Shown: positions 8,253-17,660 of the stretch, piece by piece | How the letters are laid out: the number at the start of each line of letters is the position of its first letter | Numbering within the stretch: the first letter of the stretch is position 1 | DNA from: an uncultured Chloroflexia bacterium | GTDB lineage: Bacteria; Chloroflexota; Limnocylindria; Limnocylindrales; CSP1-4 | Reading direction: 5' to 3' | Length of the DNA stretch: 64,000 nucleotides | Assembly (NCBI GenBank): GCA_963755285.1 | Contig: CAVWJB010000005.1 | Coordinates: 94,433 to 158,432 of the forward strand | Program-made: the position numbers and the translations under genes | Notes under the pieces: model-generated | Database searches by the model: none | What the model saw: only the letters and a program-made list of their open reading frames with translations | What the model was told of the DNA's origin: nothing

Positions 8253-8816
8253 CTAGCGCAGCTGGACGGCCGGGACCTGGTCGGCTTCCGGCTCGGCGTC
8301 GAAGAAGTCGCGCTTGGTGAAGCCGAGCATCCCCGCCACGAGCACGGCCGGGAACGTCTGGATCGCGGTGTTGTAGTCGAGCACGGTCGCGTTGTAGTGC
8401 TGACGTGAGAACCCGATCTGGTTCTCGGTTGTCGTCAGCTGCTCCTGGAGGGCGAGCACGTTCTCGTTCGCCTTCAGCTGCGGGTAGTTCTCGACGACGG
8501 CGAACAGCGAGCGAAGGGCGCCGGTCAGCATGTTCTCCGCCTGGGCCTGCTCGGCCGGACCTTTGGCCCCGGCGGCGACGGCGTTGGCGCGTGCCTCGGT
8601 GACCTTGGTCAGGACATCCTGCTCGAAGTCCATGTAGCCCTTGACCGCGTTCACGAGGTTCGGAATGAGGTCGTGGCGGCGCTTCAGCTGGACTTCGATC
8701 TGGGCGAACGCCTCGTCAACCCGGAGGCGCCGGCTGACCAACCCGTTGTAGAGGGCGATCACGAACACCACGAGCGCCACGATGACGATGACGAGGATGA
8801 TCAACGCTGGTGTCAT
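8253..8816 (-). CDS. lemA: LemA family protein
   Basis: 187 aa with one N-terminal TM, then the LemA-like LVSRRLRVDEAFAQIEVQLKRRHDLIPNLV... Sits immediately upstream of htpX, a common pairing. Confidence 0.8.
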   Translation of the reverse strand: MTPALIILVIVIVALVVFVIALYNGLVSRRLRVDEAFAQIEVQLKRRHDLIPNLVNAVKGYMDFEQDVLTKVTEARANAVAAGAKGPAEQAQAENMLTGALRSLFAVVENYPQLKANENVLALQEQLTTTENQIGFSRQHYNATVLDYNTAIQTFPAVLVAGMLGFTKRDFFDAEPEADQVPAVQLR

Positions 8817-8959
8817 GGTCCTCCTCCGGCGATCGGCCGATTGCGCGGCCAGGGCTCGCGCGACACGAGTCTAGCAGGGGCGCCGATCGGAGCGGTGCGG
8901 AGCGATGGCATCTGGTTCCTTCGGGGCCGGCGCGAGGCTGCGCCCCGACCGTCACCCGA

Positions 8960-10237
8960 TCAGATGCCCGGCCGAGCCTCGACCCGACCCGCGGCCACCG
9001 CTTCGGTCAGCGCCGCATGGTCGCGCTCGACCTGGTCGCCGTAGCGCGCGGCGAACTCGACGATCGCCCGGTCGAACGAGGCGCCCCGGCCCACATAGCC
9101 GGCGATCGCCAGCGGGTCGCCCGTCCGGGCATGGGCCCGGGCGAGCGCCCAGGCGCACAGCGAGCCCTGGTGGGCGAGGCTGGTCAGGGTCATCGCGGTC
9201 GGATCGCCCTTGCCCTTCATGTTCCACAGCTGGCGGAGGTAGTAGTGACGTCCTGACTCCGGGCCCTCCGACCAGCCGAGGAAGAGGTCGCTCGACGATT
9301 GCGTGCGACGCTGCCCGACCACGACCCGCTCGCCGTGGTTCGCCTGGACCGCAGCGCCCGCATACGGCTCGAGCACCGACGCGTTGGCTTCCTTGATCTG
9401 GAGGACGAGCGGGTCTCCGGCACCGTGGTCGCGGCCCTCGAACAGGGCCACCCAGCAGCGCGTCCCGACGCTGCCGACGCCGACGGTCTTGCGGGCGACG
9501 TCCATCAGCCGGAACCGACCGAGCAGCTCGCGTCGATCCTCGCCCAGCGAATCCAGGTAGCCGGCGAGCAGGCCGACCGCCTCGTGCGGCTCGTGCTCGG
9601 TGTTGGCGAGGCGGATCATGAGCGGCGGCTCCTCGACGAACTCGCGCCGGGTTCCCTTCAGCCGGGTCATCCGGGCGGCTGCCTCCACGTGGGTCCGCCG
9701 ACGGGCCTTCTCGGCGTTCCGACGGACGTCTCGCCGATAGCGCGCCGGGAAGTGGCTGAGGACATCGCCCATCTCGATCCGCGACGTCCAGAGATCGAGG
9801 ATCCGGAGCTGCCCGAACCGGCGCATCCGTTCGCGGTAGGTGCGGACGGCCGTCTCGACGATCCCGGCCCGGATCGATGGCGAGCTCGTCCGGAGGCGGA
9901 CCACCAGGTCGAGGCTGACCGCGAGCCGCTTGAGGTCCCACTCCCACGGAGCCGGCAGCGTCTCGTCGAAGTCGTTGACGTCGAAGACCAGGGTGCGCCC
10001 GGGTGTGGCGAACTCGCCGAAGTTGCTGACGTGCGCGTCCCCGCAGGCCTGGACCCGCAGCCCGCTGATCGGGGTCTCGGCCAGGTCCATCGCCATCAGG
10101 CCGGCCGAGCCGCGGAAGAAGGCAAACGGCGACGGGAGCATCCGTCCGTAGCGGATCGGGATGAGCTCGGGAAGCCGCGTGCATTCGAGGCGGCGATGAC
10201 GTCGATCGGATCGACCCGGTCGGATCGTGGCGCCCAC
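8960..10237 (-). CDS. DUF2252 domain-containing protein
   Basis: 425-aa ORF with the characteristic DUF2252 blocks (SPFAFFRGSA, ...WNMKGKGDP...). Start not verified. Confidence 0.7.
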   Translation of the reverse strand: MGATIRPGRSDRRHRRLECTRLPELIPIRYGRMLPSPFAFFRGSAGLMAMDLAETPISGLRVQACGDAHVSNFGEFATPGRTLVFDVNDFDETLPAPWEWDLKRLAVSLDLVVRLRTSSPSIRAGIVETAVRTYRERMRRFGQLRILDLWTSRIEMGDVLSHFPARYRRDVRRNAEKARRRTHVEAAARMTRLKGTRREFVEEPPLMIRLANTEHEPHEAVGLLAGYLDSLGEDRRELLGRFRLMDVARKTVGVGSVGTRCWVALFEGRDHGAGDPLVLQIKEANASVLEPYAGAAVQANHGERVVVGQRRTQSSSDLFLGWSEGPESGRHYYLRQLWNMKGKGDPTAMTLTSLAHQGSLCAWALARAHARTGDPLAIAGYVGRGASFDRAIVEFAARYGDQVERDHAALTEAVAAGRVEARPGI

Positions 10238-10371
10238 TCCGCATGCGATGAGCGCGGGGTGGCCTGCCGAAGCGCCCGGCCTTCCTCGTATCGATCGCGT
10301 CGGGTCGACTCCACGATGGGGCTCCGTGCTGTCGGGTCGTGGCGCTCGGACGACCAGGGCCGATGGTCGGC

Positions 10372-10448
10372 TGGTGGGCGGTGAGGGACTCGAACCCCCG
10401 ACATCCTCGGTGTAAGCGAGGCGCTCTGACCAGCTGAGCTAACCGCCC
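10372..10448 (-). tRNA. tRNA-Val (TAC), 77 nt, CCA encoded
   Basis: Revcomp: GGGCGGTTAGCTCAGCTGGTCAGAGCGCCTCGCTTACACCGAGGATGTCGGGGGTTCGAGTCCCTCACCGCCCACCA. Confidence 0.85.
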
Positions 10449-10529
10449 GGGCACCGGCAGGATAGCGGCTTCACGGATTGAATCGAAACGGCGGTCCGGG
10501 TCGGACCGCCGTCGGTGTCAGCGAGGGAG

Positions 10530-10614
10530 TGGTGCCCAGGCCGGGACTTGAACCCGGATGAGTTGCCTCATACGCCCCTCAAACGTACGCGTATACCAAT
10601 TCCGCCACCTGGGC
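10530..10614 (-). tRNA. tRNA-Leu (GAG), type II, 85 nt, CCA encoded
   Basis: Revcomp: GCCCAGGTGGCGGAATTGGTATACGCGTACGTTTGAGGGGCGTATGAGGCAACTCATCCGGGTTCAAGTCCCGGCCTGGGCACCA. Anticodon arm TACGT-TTGAGGG-GCGTA, G37. Confidence 0.8.
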
Positions 10615-10645
10615 ATCGAGCGCCATCGGGAGACTCGGTCGAGGG

Positions 10646-10732
10646 TGGTACCGAGGAAGGGATTTGAACCCATACGCCCTTGCGGACACTAGCTCCTGAA
10701 GCTAGCGCGTCTACCGATTCCGCCACCTCGGC
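10646..10732 (-). tRNA. tRNA-Leu (CAG), type II, 87 nt, CCA encoded
   Basis: Revcomp: GCCGAGGTGGCGGAATCGGTAGACGCGCTAGCTTCAGGAGCTAGTGTCCGCAAGGGCGTATGGGTTCAAATCCCTTCCTCGGTACCA. Confidence 0.85.
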
Positions 10733-10760
10733 GAGAGTCCCGGGCGACGGCCGAGCGTGC

Positions 10761-12650
10761 TCAGCCGCCGTCGGCGAGGCGCCATGTTAGCACATCCCAG
10801 TACCGATCACTGGGGTCCCCGAGCTCGCGGACGGCCGGTCCCTGGACCCGGCTGTCGAGCACGACGAGCTCGTTGCGGAAGACGATCGGCAGGAGGTAGT
10901 TCTTGTCGACGAGCCGGGCCTGGAGCTTCTTGAAGGCCGACCGGCGAGCCTCGAGGGTGCCCGGGGCGCGGGCCTTGATCAGGGCCCGGTCGAGCCCCAC
11001 GTCCTGGATCCCGCTGATGTTCGAGCCGCCCTTCGACACCTGGGTCGAGCCGAACAACGGATAGAGGTCCGGGTCGAGCCCGATGTTGACGTCGATCGCG
11101 GCCGTCTGGAAGACGCCCTTGCGCAGCCGGTCCTCGACGAACTCGGTCGGCGGCAGGCCGATCACGGTCGTCTGGAGCCCGAACCGGCGCCAGTTCTCGG
11201 CGACGGCCTCGGCGACTGCCATCGCCGTCGGATTGGTCTCGGCGTCGGGCGATATGAGCTCCATCACGTACGGCTTCTTCGTCCCGGGCGCCGCCCAGCC
11301 GCCGGCGAGCTTCCGCCAGCCGGCCGCCTTGAAGTCCTCGAAGGCGCGCTTGGGGTCGAACCGGATCTGGTGGCTCGCCGTCTTGTCGAATGCCCACGAC
11401 GATGGCGGGATCGGTGAGTCGGCGCGCGCGGCGGCACCTCCGAACACGTCCGTGATGAGCGAGGCCCGGTCGATCGCGGCGAGCAGGCCGTGGCGGACTC
11501 GCGGCATGCGCAGCTCGGTGTTGCCGGGCCGCAGGTTCAGGGCGATCGCGGTGAGGGTCGTCCGCGGATAGCTCAAGGTCCGGCTTCCCGGCTTCAGCGC
11601 CACCTGGGCGGCGAGGTCGGGCGGGAGGCCCGTCGCGACGTCGATCTCACCGGCCCGGTAGGCGGCCGCGAGCGCATCGGCGTCGGGATAGAAGGACAGC
11701 TCGATCCCCGGCAGCGCCGGCTCGGGTCGCGGGGTCGCCGCCGGGAACGCCGAGGCCGTCGGCCCGCCGACGCCCGGCGCGTCGGAGCCCGCCGGGGAGG
11801 GGCTCTCGGCAGCCGCCTGGCCGGTCGACGGCAGGGGCTCGCTCGATGCTTCGTCCGACGGCTCGGCGGGCGTGTCGCCGGACGGTCCGGGGGACGGCTC
11901 GACCGCCGGATCGAACGAGCTGCCCGGCTCGCCCGCCGGGATGTTCGCCGCGCTGGCCGGGACGAGCGTGGCCGAGTCGGCGTTCCACGAGGTCAGGACG
12001 AACGGTCCCGATCCGACGGGCTGGAGGCTGAACGGATCGTCGGCGAGGGTCTCGATCGGAGCCTCGTTCAGGAGATGAACCGGCAGCAGGCCGACGGTCG
12101 CGGCCTGGAGGAAGCCGCCGATCGGCGTGGCCAGGTCGAACTGGACGGTCCGCTCGTCGATCGCGGTCGCGTTGACGCCCCGCCACGAGGCGGCCAGCGG
12201 TCCGGTGTAGCCGGGGCTCTTCAGGATGTTGACGGTGAAGATGACGTCGTCCGACGTGACCGGGACGCCGTCCTGCCAGGTCGCATCGGGACGGAGCGTG
12301 AACGTCCAGGTGCTGCCGGTCGGGTCGACCGTCCAGCCCTCGGCGAGGTCGGGCCGGTAGGTGCCGTCGGGACCGAGCGCGACGAGCCCGCTGAACACGA
12401 GGGCCACCAGGTCGCGGTCCGCCTGCGTTCGGGCGGTCAGCGGGTTGATCGAGCTCGGGCGGCCGATCGTGCCCTCACGGTAGACGACGGTTTCGGGAGT
12501 GGCGCCGCTTGGCAGCGCACTGCCGGCGGGGAGTGATGCGCCGGGGACGACGCCGGTCTGCGGGCCGGACCCGCCGAGGGCGACGACGACCGACAGCCCG
12601 ACCAGCACGGCGACGAGGGCGGCGACGATCCCCCGATCGCGGTGAGTCAC
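10761..12650 (-). CDS. ABC transporter substrate-binding protein, family 5 (peptide/nickel, DppA/OppA-like) with an internal P/S/E/A-rich low-complexity insert
   Basis: 629 aa; N-terminal signal/anchor MTHRDRGIVAALVAVLVGLSVVVALGGSG; SBP_bac_5-like blocks before and after an about 90-aa PAGEPGSSFDPAVEPSPGPSG... insert. Confidence 0.78.
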   Translation of the reverse strand: MTHRDRGIVAALVAVLVGLSVVVALGGSGPQTGVVPGASLPAGSALPSGATPETVVYREGTIGRPSSINPLTARTQADRDLVALVFSGLVALGPDGTYRPDLAEGWTVDPTGSTWTFTLRPDATWQDGVPVTSDDVIFTVNILKSPGYTGPLAASWRGVNATAIDERTVQFDLATPIGGFLQAATVGLLPVHLLNEAPIETLADDPFSLQPVGSGPFVLTSWNADSATLVPASAANIPAGEPGSSFDPAVEPSPGPSGDTPAEPSDEASSEPLPSTGQAAAESPSPAGSDAPGVGGPTASAFPAATPRPEPALPGIELSFYPDADALAAAYRAGEIDVATGLPPDLAAQVALKPGSRTLSYPRTTLTAIALNLRPGNTELRMPRVRHGLLAAIDRASLITDVFGGAAARADSPIPPSSWAFDKTASHQIRFDPKRAFEDFKAAGWRKLAGGWAAPGTKKPYVMELISPDAETNPTAMAVAEAVAENWRRFGLQTTVIGLPPTEFVEDRLRKGVFQTAAIDVNIGLDPDLYPLFGSTQVSKGGSNISGIQDVGLDRALIKARAPGTLEARRSAFKKLQARLVDKNYLLPIVFRNELVVLDSRVQGPAVRELGDPSDRYWDVLTWRLADGG

Positions 12651-12716
12651 TCGATCTGCCTCCGGCAGGTGCCGCCCCGGCCCTGACGATTCGCCCGCGT
12701 CGGGGCGGTCATCGCG

Positions 12717-12953
12717 TCAGGTGGTGGTCGTCGGCGTGGCCAGCGTGTACGAGGCGAGCGAGAAGAGGACGAACAGGACGGTCAGGACGATCGTGAACTG
12801 CCACAGTCGTCGCTCGACGCCCCGTCGGCTCCGGTAGACCGCGCTGTCGCCGCCGAACGCCCCGGACAGGCCGGTTCCCCGGGCCTGGAGCAGGATCGAG
12901 ACCATCAGGGCGATGCCCACGATGATCTGGCCAATGGCGAACAGCGGGTTCAC
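12717..12953 (-). CDS. secG: preprotein translocase subunit SecG
   Basis: 78 aa from GTG 12953: VNPLFAIGQIIVGIALMVSILLQARGTGLSGAFGG..., two TM helices. The GTG overlaps the gpmI stop (GTGA). The listed 263-aa ORF is an antisense extension. Confidence 0.8.
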   Translation of the reverse strand: MNPLFAIGQIIVGIALMVSILLQARGTGLSGAFGGDSAVYRSRRGVERRLWQFTIVLTVLFVLFSLASYTLATPTTTT

Positions 12954-14599
12954 GGACGCTCGGACCTCGGGCTTGAAGGGCCGTCGGATGGTAGCACAGG
13001 CTCGAGCAGGGAGCGCCCGACCACGGCCGGCCAGGCCGGCAACCCGGCCAGCTCGAGGATCGTCGGGGTGACGTCGGCCAGGACCCCGTTCCGGAGCCGC
13101 CGGCCGACGACCGCCCGCCCGACCGCGACGACCGGAACCGGGTTGAGCGAGTGAGCCGTGACCGGCGCGCCGGACTCGTCGCGCAGCTCGTCGGCGTTGC
13201 CGTGATCGGCGGTGATGAGGAGGACCGCGCCGCTCGAGGCCGGATCGTCGCGATCGACGGCCTCCACGGCGGTCACGACCCTGGCCAGGCAGGCGTCGAT
13301 CGTGGCCAGTGCCTGGATCGTCGCGTCCCAGACACCGGTGTGGCCGACCATGTCCGAGTTGGCGAAGTTGGCGACGATGAAGTCGTACTCGCCGGCGGCG
13401 ATCGCCCGGACCAGCTCGTCGGTCACCCCGACCGCGCTCATCTCGGGACGGAGGTCGTAGGTGGCGACCTGTGGGCTCGGCACGAGCAAGCGGTCCTCGC
13501 CGGGCCACGGCGCCTCACGACCGCCGTTGAAGAAGTAGGTCACGTGGGCGTACTTCTCGGTCTCGGCCAGATGGAGCTGGCGCCAGCCGGCCCGCGACAC
13601 CGCCTCGGCCAGCGACGGCACCTCCTCGGGCGGGAAGGCGACGAGGACCGGGAGCCCGGCCTCGTACTCGGTCATCGTCACGACGAGCAGGTCGCGTGGC
13701 GGCGGCCGTCCGTCCGGCCCGGTCCGGTCGAAGCCGTCGAACGGATCGTCGACCAGGGCGTGGATGAGCTGACGAGCGCGATCCGCCCGGAAGTTGGCGT
13801 GGATGATCGGATCACCGTCGCGAACCCGGCCGTCGACCCCGTCGATGACCGTCGGCAGGATGAACTCGTCGTTCTCGCCGCGGGCGTAGCCGCTCGTCAC
13901 GGCCGCGAGCGGGCTCGGCGCGCGCTCCCCCGCCCCGTTGACGATCGCCTGGTAGCCGCGCGCGGTCCGCTCCCAGCGGTGGTCGCGATCCATCGCGTAG
14001 TAGCGGCCGCCGACGGTCGCGATCCGGGCGTCGGGGTGGGCCCGGGCGAGGCGCTCCTCGAGGTCGACGATGAAGCCATCGGCCGATCGCGGCGGCGTGT
14101 CCCGGCCGTCGAGCAGCGCGTGGACCCGGACCTCGGGCACGCCCTGCCTCGCGGCGAGCTCGGCGAGCCCGACCAGGTGCCGATCGTGGGCGTGGACGCC
14201 GCCGGGCCCGATCAGCCCGACGACATGGAGCCGGCCATCCGGTCGGGCCGCGCGGGCGCAGGCCGCGAGCAGCGCCGGGCGCTCGAAGAACGAGCCGTCG
14301 GCGAGCGCCGCGTCGATCCGGGGCAGGTCCTGGAGGACGGGCTGGCCCGTCCCAAGGTTGAGGTGGCCGACCTCGGAGTTGCCCATCTGGCCGGGCGGCA
14401 GGCCGACGTCGCCCTCCGACGCCCCGAGGATCGCGTGCGGCCAGCGCTCGAGCAGCCCGCGCCAGACGGGCATCGGCGCAGCCGCGATCGCATCCGCCGC
14501 CGGGTTGCGCCCGATCCCGAACCCGTCGAGGACGACGAGCACGATCGGGCGCGGCCGGCGATGGGACTCGGCGCCGTCCCCGGTCGGTCGGTCGGTCAT
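12950..14599 (-). CDS. gpmI: 2,3-bisphosphoglycerate-independent phosphoglycerate mutase
   Basis: 549 aa from ATG 14599 (MTDRPTGDG...). PIVLVVLDGFGIG, NSEVGHLNLGTG and ADHGN metal-binding motifs; the upstream 146 codons of the listed ORF are antisense junk. Confidence 0.85.
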   Translation of the reverse strand: MTDRPTGDGAESHRRPRPIVLVVLDGFGIGRNPAADAIAAAPMPVWRGLLERWPHAILGASEGDVGLPPGQMGNSEVGHLNLGTGQPVLQDLPRIDAALADGSFFERPALLAACARAARPDGRLHVVGLIGPGGVHAHDRHLVGLAELAARQGVPEVRVHALLDGRDTPPRSADGFIVDLEERLARAHPDARIATVGGRYYAMDRDHRWERTARGYQAIVNGAGERAPSPLAAVTSGYARGENDEFILPTVIDGVDGRVRDGDPIIHANFRADRARQLIHALVDDPFDGFDRTGPDGRPPPRDLLVVTMTEYEAGLPVLVAFPPEEVPSLAEAVSRAGWRQLHLAETEKYAHVTYFFNGGREAPWPGEDRLLVPSPQVATYDLRPEMSAVGVTDELVRAIAAGEYDFIVANFANSDMVGHTGVWDATIQALATIDACLARVVTAVEAVDRDDPASSGAVLLITADHGNADELRDESGAPVTAHSLNPVPVVAVGRAVVGRRLRNGVLADVTPTILELAGLPAWPAVVGRSLLEPVLPSDGPSSPRSERP

Positions 14600-15408
14600 C
14601 CGGGATCGCCTGCCCGCGCGACCGCGGTCAGGCCGGCCCGGGCGACGATCCCGGCCATCTCGTCGGGCTTGAGCGAGGCGCCGCCGACGAGGGCGCCGTC
14701 GATCCCGGGCTCGGCCAGGAACTCGCCGATCACCCCGGCCGTCACGCTCCCGCCGTAGAGGACCGGCACCTCGTGGCCGAGCTCGGTCAGGCCGGTCTCG
14801 TCGATTGCCGCCCGGATCGTGTCGGCCATCGAGGCGGCGTCGGCCCCGGTGGCGTTGCGGCCGGTGCCGATCGCCCAGACCGGCTCGTAGGCGATGACGA
14901 CACCGCCCGTGGTCAGGTCCGCGGCGGCATCGCCGATCGTCGCGTCGCCGAACGCCGTGAGGATGCCGTGGACCTGGGCCCGGACGACCGCGTCGGCCCG
15001 GCCCGCTTCGCGCTCGGCAAGCTGCTCGCCGACGCACACGATCGGCCGCAGCCCGGCCTCGATCGCCCGGCGCAGCTTGCGACCGATGAGCTCGTCCGTC
15101 TCGCCGGCGTCGCGCCGCCGCTCGGAGTGGCCGACGATGACCCAGGTCGCCAGCCCGTCGAGCATCGGCGCGCTGATCTCGCCCGTGAAGGCACCGGTCA
15201 GCTCGTGATGGACGTTCTGCGCGCCGACCGCGACGCCGCTCCCGGCGAGCGCGTCGCGAACCGCCGCGAGGCAGACGAACGGGGGGCAGATCACCCGCTC
15301 GACCGGACCCTCGACCACGGTCCGGGCGGCGATCGTCGCGGCCAGTGACCCGGCGTCGGCCGGTGTCGTGTGCATCTTCCAGTTGGCGGCGATGACGACG
15401 GGTCTCAC
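14596..15408 (-). CDS. tpiA: triose-phosphate isomerase
   Basis: GTG start 15408 (V/MRPVVIAANWKMHTT...). Motifs ANWKMH, VIVGHSERR, AYEPVWAIGTG. Sits directly downstream of whiA with no gap/pgk in between. Confidence 0.85.
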   Translation of the reverse strand: MRPVVIAANWKMHTTPADAGSLAATIAARTVVEGPVERVICPPFVCLAAVRDALAGSGVAVGAQNVHHELTGAFTGEISAPMLDGLATWVIVGHSERRRDAGETDELIGRKLRRAIEAGLRPIVCVGEQLAEREAGRADAVVRAQVHGILTAFGDATIGDAAADLTTGGVVIAYEPVWAIGTGRNATGADAASMADTIRAAIDETGLTELGHEVPVLYGGSVTAGVIGEFLAEPGIDGALVGGASLKPDEMAGIVARAGLTAVARAGDPG

Positions 15409-15415
15409 CCGGGAA

Positions 15416-16255
15416 TCATGCCAGAGCCGGGCCGTCGTCTTCGTGGGCGGCGAGCCGCTCGAGTCGCTCGAGCGCGCGCTGGACCGTCGAGCGGTGCAGC
15501 CCGAGCCGCTCGGCGAGCTCGCCGAAGGTCGCCTCGGGCGTCTCGCGCCGGGCCGCGGCGACGAGCCGGACCACCGGCGGCTGCTCGGCCAGCCGGCCAT
15601 CGGCCTCGAGCCGGTCGATCGCCCGGAGCTGGCGGGCGGCGGCCACGACCGCCCGCTGGAGGTTGGCCGACTCGGCGTTGATGACCCGGTTGATGTCGCC
15701 GCGCATCGCGCGGGCGACCTGGCGGCTCTCGAGCTCGAGGATCGCCGAGCTTGCGCCGACGCGCCGGAGGAACGTGCCGATCGTGTCGGCGTTCTTCCAG
15801 GTCACGACTCCCCGGCCGCGCCGGATCCGCCACGACGCGGGCATCCCGAGGCCCTCGAGGCGCGCCGCCAGGACCGGCGCTTCGGCCGGCGGCACGACGA
15901 ACTCGAGGTGCGCCCGGCCGGAGGCGAGGCTCAGCGAGCCGCGGGCGAGGAACCGGCCGCGGAGCCAGGCGATCCGGCAGTGATCGGCGGCCAGGTCCCA
16001 GTCGAATGGCTCGCCGCCGGCTTCGGGCTCGGTCACCCGGACGTGCTTCGTCCGGCGCCGTCCGCCGAGCAGCCGGCCGGCGTCGGTCGGCTCGCGCCCG
16101 AGGCGGACGGCGAGCCGGGCCACGGCGGCCTCGCGAGTGGCCAGGGCGGGTCCGAGCCCGGCCGACTCGGCGAGCCGATCGCACGCTCGCTGGGGGACGA
16201 TCGACGCGAGCTCCGTCCGGATCGCGCTGACCAGGTCCCGGTCGGCGTCGCTCAT
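15416..16255 (-). CDS. whiA: DNA-binding protein WhiA
   Basis: 279 aa from ATG 16255 (MSDADRDLVSAIRTELA...). LAGLIDADG-like repeats and a C-terminal HTH; follows rapZ-yvcK. Confidence 0.8.
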   Translation of the reverse strand: MSDADRDLVSAIRTELASIVPQRACDRLAESAGLGPALATREAAVARLAVRLGREPTDAGRLLGGRRRTKHVRVTEPEAGGEPFDWDLAADHCRIAWLRGRFLARGSLSLASGRAHLEFVVPPAEAPVLAARLEGLGMPASWRIRRGRGVVTWKNADTIGTFLRRVGASSAILELESRQVARAMRGDINRVINAESANLQRAVVAAARQLRAIDRLEADGRLAEQPPVVRLVAAARRETPEATFGELAERLGLHRSTVQRALERLERLAAHEDDGPALA

Positions 16256-16292
16256 CGCATCCGCCGGATGCCGGGCCCGGAGCGAGCGGCGA

Positions 16293-17657
16293 TCACGCGC
16301 TGCGGACGGCCGTGGCGCCCCGCCGTCGAGCGGAGCCGTCGCGCTCGGCGATCCGGATGATGGCCGCGGCGAGCTTGGCGGCGTCGTGATGATTCGGCTC
16401 GGCCGGGTCGGCGAGATCGTCGAGGACGAGCCGCGGCGGGTGCTCGACGTTCGGCGGCCAGCGCAGCCGGATCGCATCGCCGACCGGCGCGCTGCGCTCG
16501 GCTGCGTCGCCGCTCGTCGTCCGGTTGTTGGCCAGGACGATGTCGACGATCCCGCTCGCGGCGTGCCGCTCGAGGGCCTCGACGTGGTCGGCCAGGTCGA
16601 AGCCGGTCGTCTCGCCCGGCTGGGTGGCCACGTTGCAGACGTAGATCCGCGGCGCGTTCGAGGCGGCGACAGCCGCCCGGATCTCGGGCAGGAGGAGGCT
16701 CGGCAGGACGCTCGTGAACAGGCTGCCCGGGCCGATCACGAGCAGATCCGCCTCGGCGATCGCGGCCACCGCGTCCTCCGCCGCGTGGACCCCCTCCGGC
16801 GAGAGCCAGACTCGTTCGATCCCGCTCGTCGCCGCGATCCGGGACTGGCCGACGACCTCGGTTCCGTCGTGGAGCTCGGCATGCAGGACGAGCGGGGTCG
16901 CCGAGGCGGGCACGACCTGGCCGCGGACGGCCAGGACCCGGTTCATCTGCCGGACGCCCTCCTCGAAGTCGCCGCCCTCGACCGCGGTCATCGCCGCGAT
17001 CAGGAGGTTGCCGATCGCGTGACCACCGAGCCCCTCGGGCTCCTCCTCGCCCGGGAACCGGTACTGGAGCAGCTCGCCCATGAGTGGCTCGGCATCGGCG
17101 AGTGCGACGATGCAGTTCCGGATGTCGCCGACCGGCGGCAGCCCGAGCTGGGTCCGGAGCTTCCCGGACGAGCCGCCGTCGTCGGCCACGGTCACGACCG
17201 CGGTCAGGTTGCTCGTGTGCTCCTTGAGACCGCGCAGCAGGGTCGACAGCCCGGTCCCGCCGCCGAGCGCGACCACCTTCGGCCCGCGGGCGAGGAAGCG
17301 CTTCTGGTAGATGACCTCGACCAGCGGGCGATCCTCGTCGTCCGACCGGAACGGATCCATCAGGACCCGCATCACCTTCCACGAGGCGAAGGCGAAGACG
17401 GCCACGCCGGCCGAGGCCAGGATCAGCGCCCGGAGCCCGTACGGCAGCGACTGGAGGGTGACCGCGGAGACGATGGTCTGGATCGGCTCGCCGAGCTCGA
17501 CGTCGCGATAGACCTGGCGGAGGACGAAGGCGAGGCCGAAGGCGAGGCCGAGCTCGCCGAGGAAGACGACCACCAGCCAGCGCTTGACGCCGATCCCCGG
17601 GGTCAGCCAGCGCCGGATCTCGTGGGCCGTCGTGCGGCGGCGCGGTCGGTCGGCCAT
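16293..17657 (-). CDS. yvcK: gluconeogenesis factor YvcK / CofD-like (UPF0052) with an N-terminal membrane anchor
   Basis: 454 aa; KVVALGGGTGLSTLLRGLK..., VVTVADDGGSSG; about 100-aa N-terminal TM extension. Confidence 0.8.
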   Translation of the reverse strand: MADRPRRRTTAHEIRRWLTPGIGVKRWLVVVFLGELGLAFGLAFVLRQVYRDVELGEPIQTIVSAVTLQSLPYGLRALILASAGVAVFAFASWKVMRVLMDPFRSDDEDRPLVEVIYQKRFLARGPKVVALGGGTGLSTLLRGLKEHTSNLTAVVTVADDGGSSGKLRTQLGLPPVGDIRNCIVALADAEPLMGELLQYRFPGEEEPEGLGGHAIGNLLIAAMTAVEGGDFEEGVRQMNRVLAVRGQVVPASATPLVLHAELHDGTEVVGQSRIAATSGIERVWLSPEGVHAAEDAVAAIAEADLLVIGPGSLFTSVLPSLLLPEIRAAVAASNAPRIYVCNVATQPGETTGFDLADHVEALERHAASGIVDIVLANNRTTSGDAAERSAPVGDAIRLRWPPNVEHPPRLVLDDLADPAEPNHHDAAKLAAAIIRIAERDGSARRRGATAVRSA

Positions 17658-17660
17658 CGG

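Noticed and set aside
5237-10732. tRNA clusters as possible integration sites of a mobile element
   Set aside because: No integrase, recombinase, transposase or direct repeat of a tRNA 3' end was found anywhere in the window. Flanking genes are conserved housekeeping genes.
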